From: Phoronis australis
Lineage: Eukaryota; Animalia; Phoronida
NCBI GenBank assembly: GCA_002633005.1
Contig: NMRA01000757.1
Span: 112,849 to 165,659, forward strand
Direction: 5' to 3'
DNA: 52,811 nucleotides
Part shown: positions 50,200 to 52,811 of the stretch, one piece after another
Numbering within the stretch: position 1 is the stretch's first letter
Layout: each line of letters opens with the position of its first letter
The notes under the pieces: model-generated
Databases searched by the model: none
Told to the model about the DNA's origin: nothing
Seen by the model: the letters and a program-made list of their open reading frames with translations, nothing else
Translations under genes and position numbers: made by a program

Positions 50200-50720
50200 T
50201 CGTTTAAAGGGGCATGCCCCGTTTTCAGATGGATTTGACATATTTTATGCCATCTTGTGGCCATTTTAACTGTTTTCTAGTCTGTTTTTGGCATCCGCTC
50301 CTCTATTAACCATGAAAGCACTCTAAGGAGGATTGTGAAAATTGGCATATAATGTTCTTGATAGTGTGAAGAGGACAGTTGACAATTATTTTCTGACAAC
50401 TTTGACTGCCGTGGGGCCTCCTAGTGACAGTTTTTTTGGCTGCACTCATAACCTAAACCTACTGCAGGATCTTTGCTAAATTTAGCAAGTGTATTTATAT
50501 GAAATTGACAACGGACGAAGACGACTTTCAGACGAATCCGGCGAACGCTGAGCCCCCTAGTGGCAGTTTAATTTTTTTGTTTTCCTTTTTTCTTTGAAGT
50601 TCCTTGACATACTTTTATGAAATTTGGTAAATAGCTTTTTATTAAAGAAATGATGGAATTTTCTCGTTTTCGGATGGATTTGATGCATTTTGCACCATTT
50701 AGTGGCCGTTTTTATAATTC
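50200..50720. mobile_element. Second copy of the 45660-46450 repeat family
   Basis: Collinear shared motifs with about 46050-46400. Confidence 0.55.
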
Positions 50721-51885
50721 CATATACACCCTTAGAAGCACACTGTTTGCAATTCATTCGTTGGCCCATTTTAACGCTTCACGTTGCTCTTATTGATGAT
50801 AGAAATGCGTGACTGTCATGACTAAGAAATTTTTGAGAGACCAATTACGAAAAGTCTATTTCAGGATTTTCATGTTTAAAGAGTTCCCACCATGCATTTT
50901 CTTAGTTTTTGAGGTTTCACTTGGCTAATATGAGATGAATACCATAGCATCTTTAAAGCACTTCTTATGCCAAATAGTCAATTTTTTAATGTTGATCAAT
51001 GACAAATTAGTCCAAGTTTCCCGCCAAATGATGTAATGGGTGGAAGACGTTTGGTCCCTTGACAATCAGTTGCAATGGCGGAACACAGCAGATTACAAGA
51101 CAAGGACGATTTTTAGTGAGGACTGGACAATTATTATGCAGACAGAGAAGAGAGAGGATACGGGCATCACTCAAGTACTTGAAGAATCAGACAATGATTC
51201 TGATTTCCCACTTAGTGAACTTTGCTTGTCTTTGAGGTCATATGATTATGACCAACTTGCACAAGAAATGCTGCAGACATATGCGTGCCACATCTAACCG
51301 AACAAAGGGTGTGGTCAATTTTCACAAAATAGGCAGGCACTGACAAAGGGCCACAGTAAACCTGGGTGTCCACTATTGCCAAGGTGGAATCAGCCCACGG
51401 TCTAAACACAATGCATAAGCTTATATGTTGTAGCATTCGATCTGGTTCGGGACCTGGCATCACTCGCCCTAGAATCGAAGCAGTTTGTTTGTTATTCATA
51501 AAATTTTAATACACCTTCAAGTCCGTCATTGTAATGCCATTTTTCTGTTTCGTCGAAACACGATTCTTTTTTGCCAGTTTTGTGCATCTTTCACGTATTT
51601 AGGAAATTTGGACATGAAGACATTCTCAGTCAAGTTGCTGTTACTACAGCCTCCACAAACACTTTTTACGTATGAAAAAGGCGGCTTTCTGCAAACTTTC
51701 CTCACAACTCCTCAATATTGCACTGTAAAAACAACAAAGGGCGGAGATGGTCTTCCACTCATTACGTGCAACCCGGCCAACAGAAAAATATTTTAAAAAT
51801 TTTTTGATTTTTGGCTTGTTTCTTAGCAAAAGGTATACTAACAGCTATTAAATCTCTTAAGATGTACAGCACACATCACGAATTT

Positions 51886-52080
51886 TTGGCCGACCGGTCG
51901 GAAATTGGTCGACGACCGGCCGTCGACCGGTCGGCAAATTAGCCGACCGGTCGGCTAAAAATTAGCCGACCGGCAGCCGCCCGCAGTGCCGACTCATAAG
52001 GCGACCCCACAGCCGACCCTTCAGCCGACCCTTTAGCCGACCAGCCATCAGACGACCAACTGGTCGGCTGCTATTGTTAG
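51886..52080. repeat. GC-rich cluster of palindromic CCGACCGGTCGG / AGCCGACC motifs (transposon subterminal-like)
   Basis: At least nine CGACC motifs plus reverse-orientation GGTCG motifs within 200 bp. Confidence 0.6.
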
Positions 52081-52811
52081 GCTAGAGTAGCAGTTGCGTA
52101 ATAGGTTGTCAGGCTCATACCACTTTGCGTGTCGATGCATATTCGTCTTAGCACAGGGTCAAATAAATTAACCTAATTTTGCTGTCTCGGTTACTTGAGT
52201 TCACCTCGGTTGTGTAAAACCACTACTTCGAAGGTTGAAGGCAAGTGGCATTAGTAAACATTGGATTATGGACAATGCAACAAGTTTTGGATGAAAAACG
52301 TGAAAGTTTTTTTTTACATTTGATCTTTAATTTGACTCCTGACGTTTACAAATTGTATGAGATCGGTTGATTCCCGGTCAATACAACGCTGTATAGTCAT
52401 TTTGTAAACGCGGCTGTTTTTCGCAGTCTTCACCCACAATTGATTTTGTTTGTGTAACGCCAACCTGCATCGTTTTTGCGTGTTTTAAGTTATTCACCGG
52501 TCTCCTATCACGCGCCCATGATGAAGGATTAGTGAGTGAGTTGTTACACCGTGAAGAGTTCTCACTCCGGGGTTTTATTTTCATAGTATTGACCCGGCGA
52601 AATTCACGGTCCAGTTTGCCCTAAACCCATGGACTTCGACGGCTCTAACTTCGAAATCATACTATGGTTACGATTTCCACGAACTATGACGGTGACATCA
52701 AACACGGAATGACCACTGTTGAGGCTACAGCCCGTGCTTTGCGCATTCTGTTTTCATGTATCGGTGACGTTAAAATCTGGGCTAGTTACATGTACACGTA
52801 GGCCCCTATCA

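Noticed and set aside
51040-51297. Acidic ORF (EESDNDSDFPLSEL) as the last SNX16 exon
   Set aside because: The nearby acceptor (TATGCAG at about 51140) joined in phase 2 gives a different frame with no SNX16 resemblance. The final exon remains unidentified.

Overview
This is eukaryotic, AT-rich, repeat-rich genomic DNA, most likely from an invertebrate animal, with four N gaps (7077-7980, 11255-11329, 22286-22609, 37811). It holds two recognisable host genes on the + strand. One is an ABHD15-like alpha/beta-hydrolase with a single coding exon (28473-29648). The other is a spliced sorting nexin-16 gene (SNX16) with six exons traced from 40508 to 49842 and the last exon not found. The rest is mobile DNA and tandem repeats: L2/CR1-type LINE remnants, hAT-like and Harbinger-like MITEs, a THAP-bearing Kolobok-like element, three copies of a foldback MITE family with 9-bp TSDs, and more than ten minisatellites. 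The most unusual structure is an 842-bp Gypsy-derived element (33840-34681). It consists of one LTR, a PBS and an intact capsid-only gag ORF, is closed by a perfect 34-bp inverted copy of the LTR start rather than a second direct LTR, and is flanked by a 5-bp TSD. All calls come from reading the sequence by eye; no database search was run.
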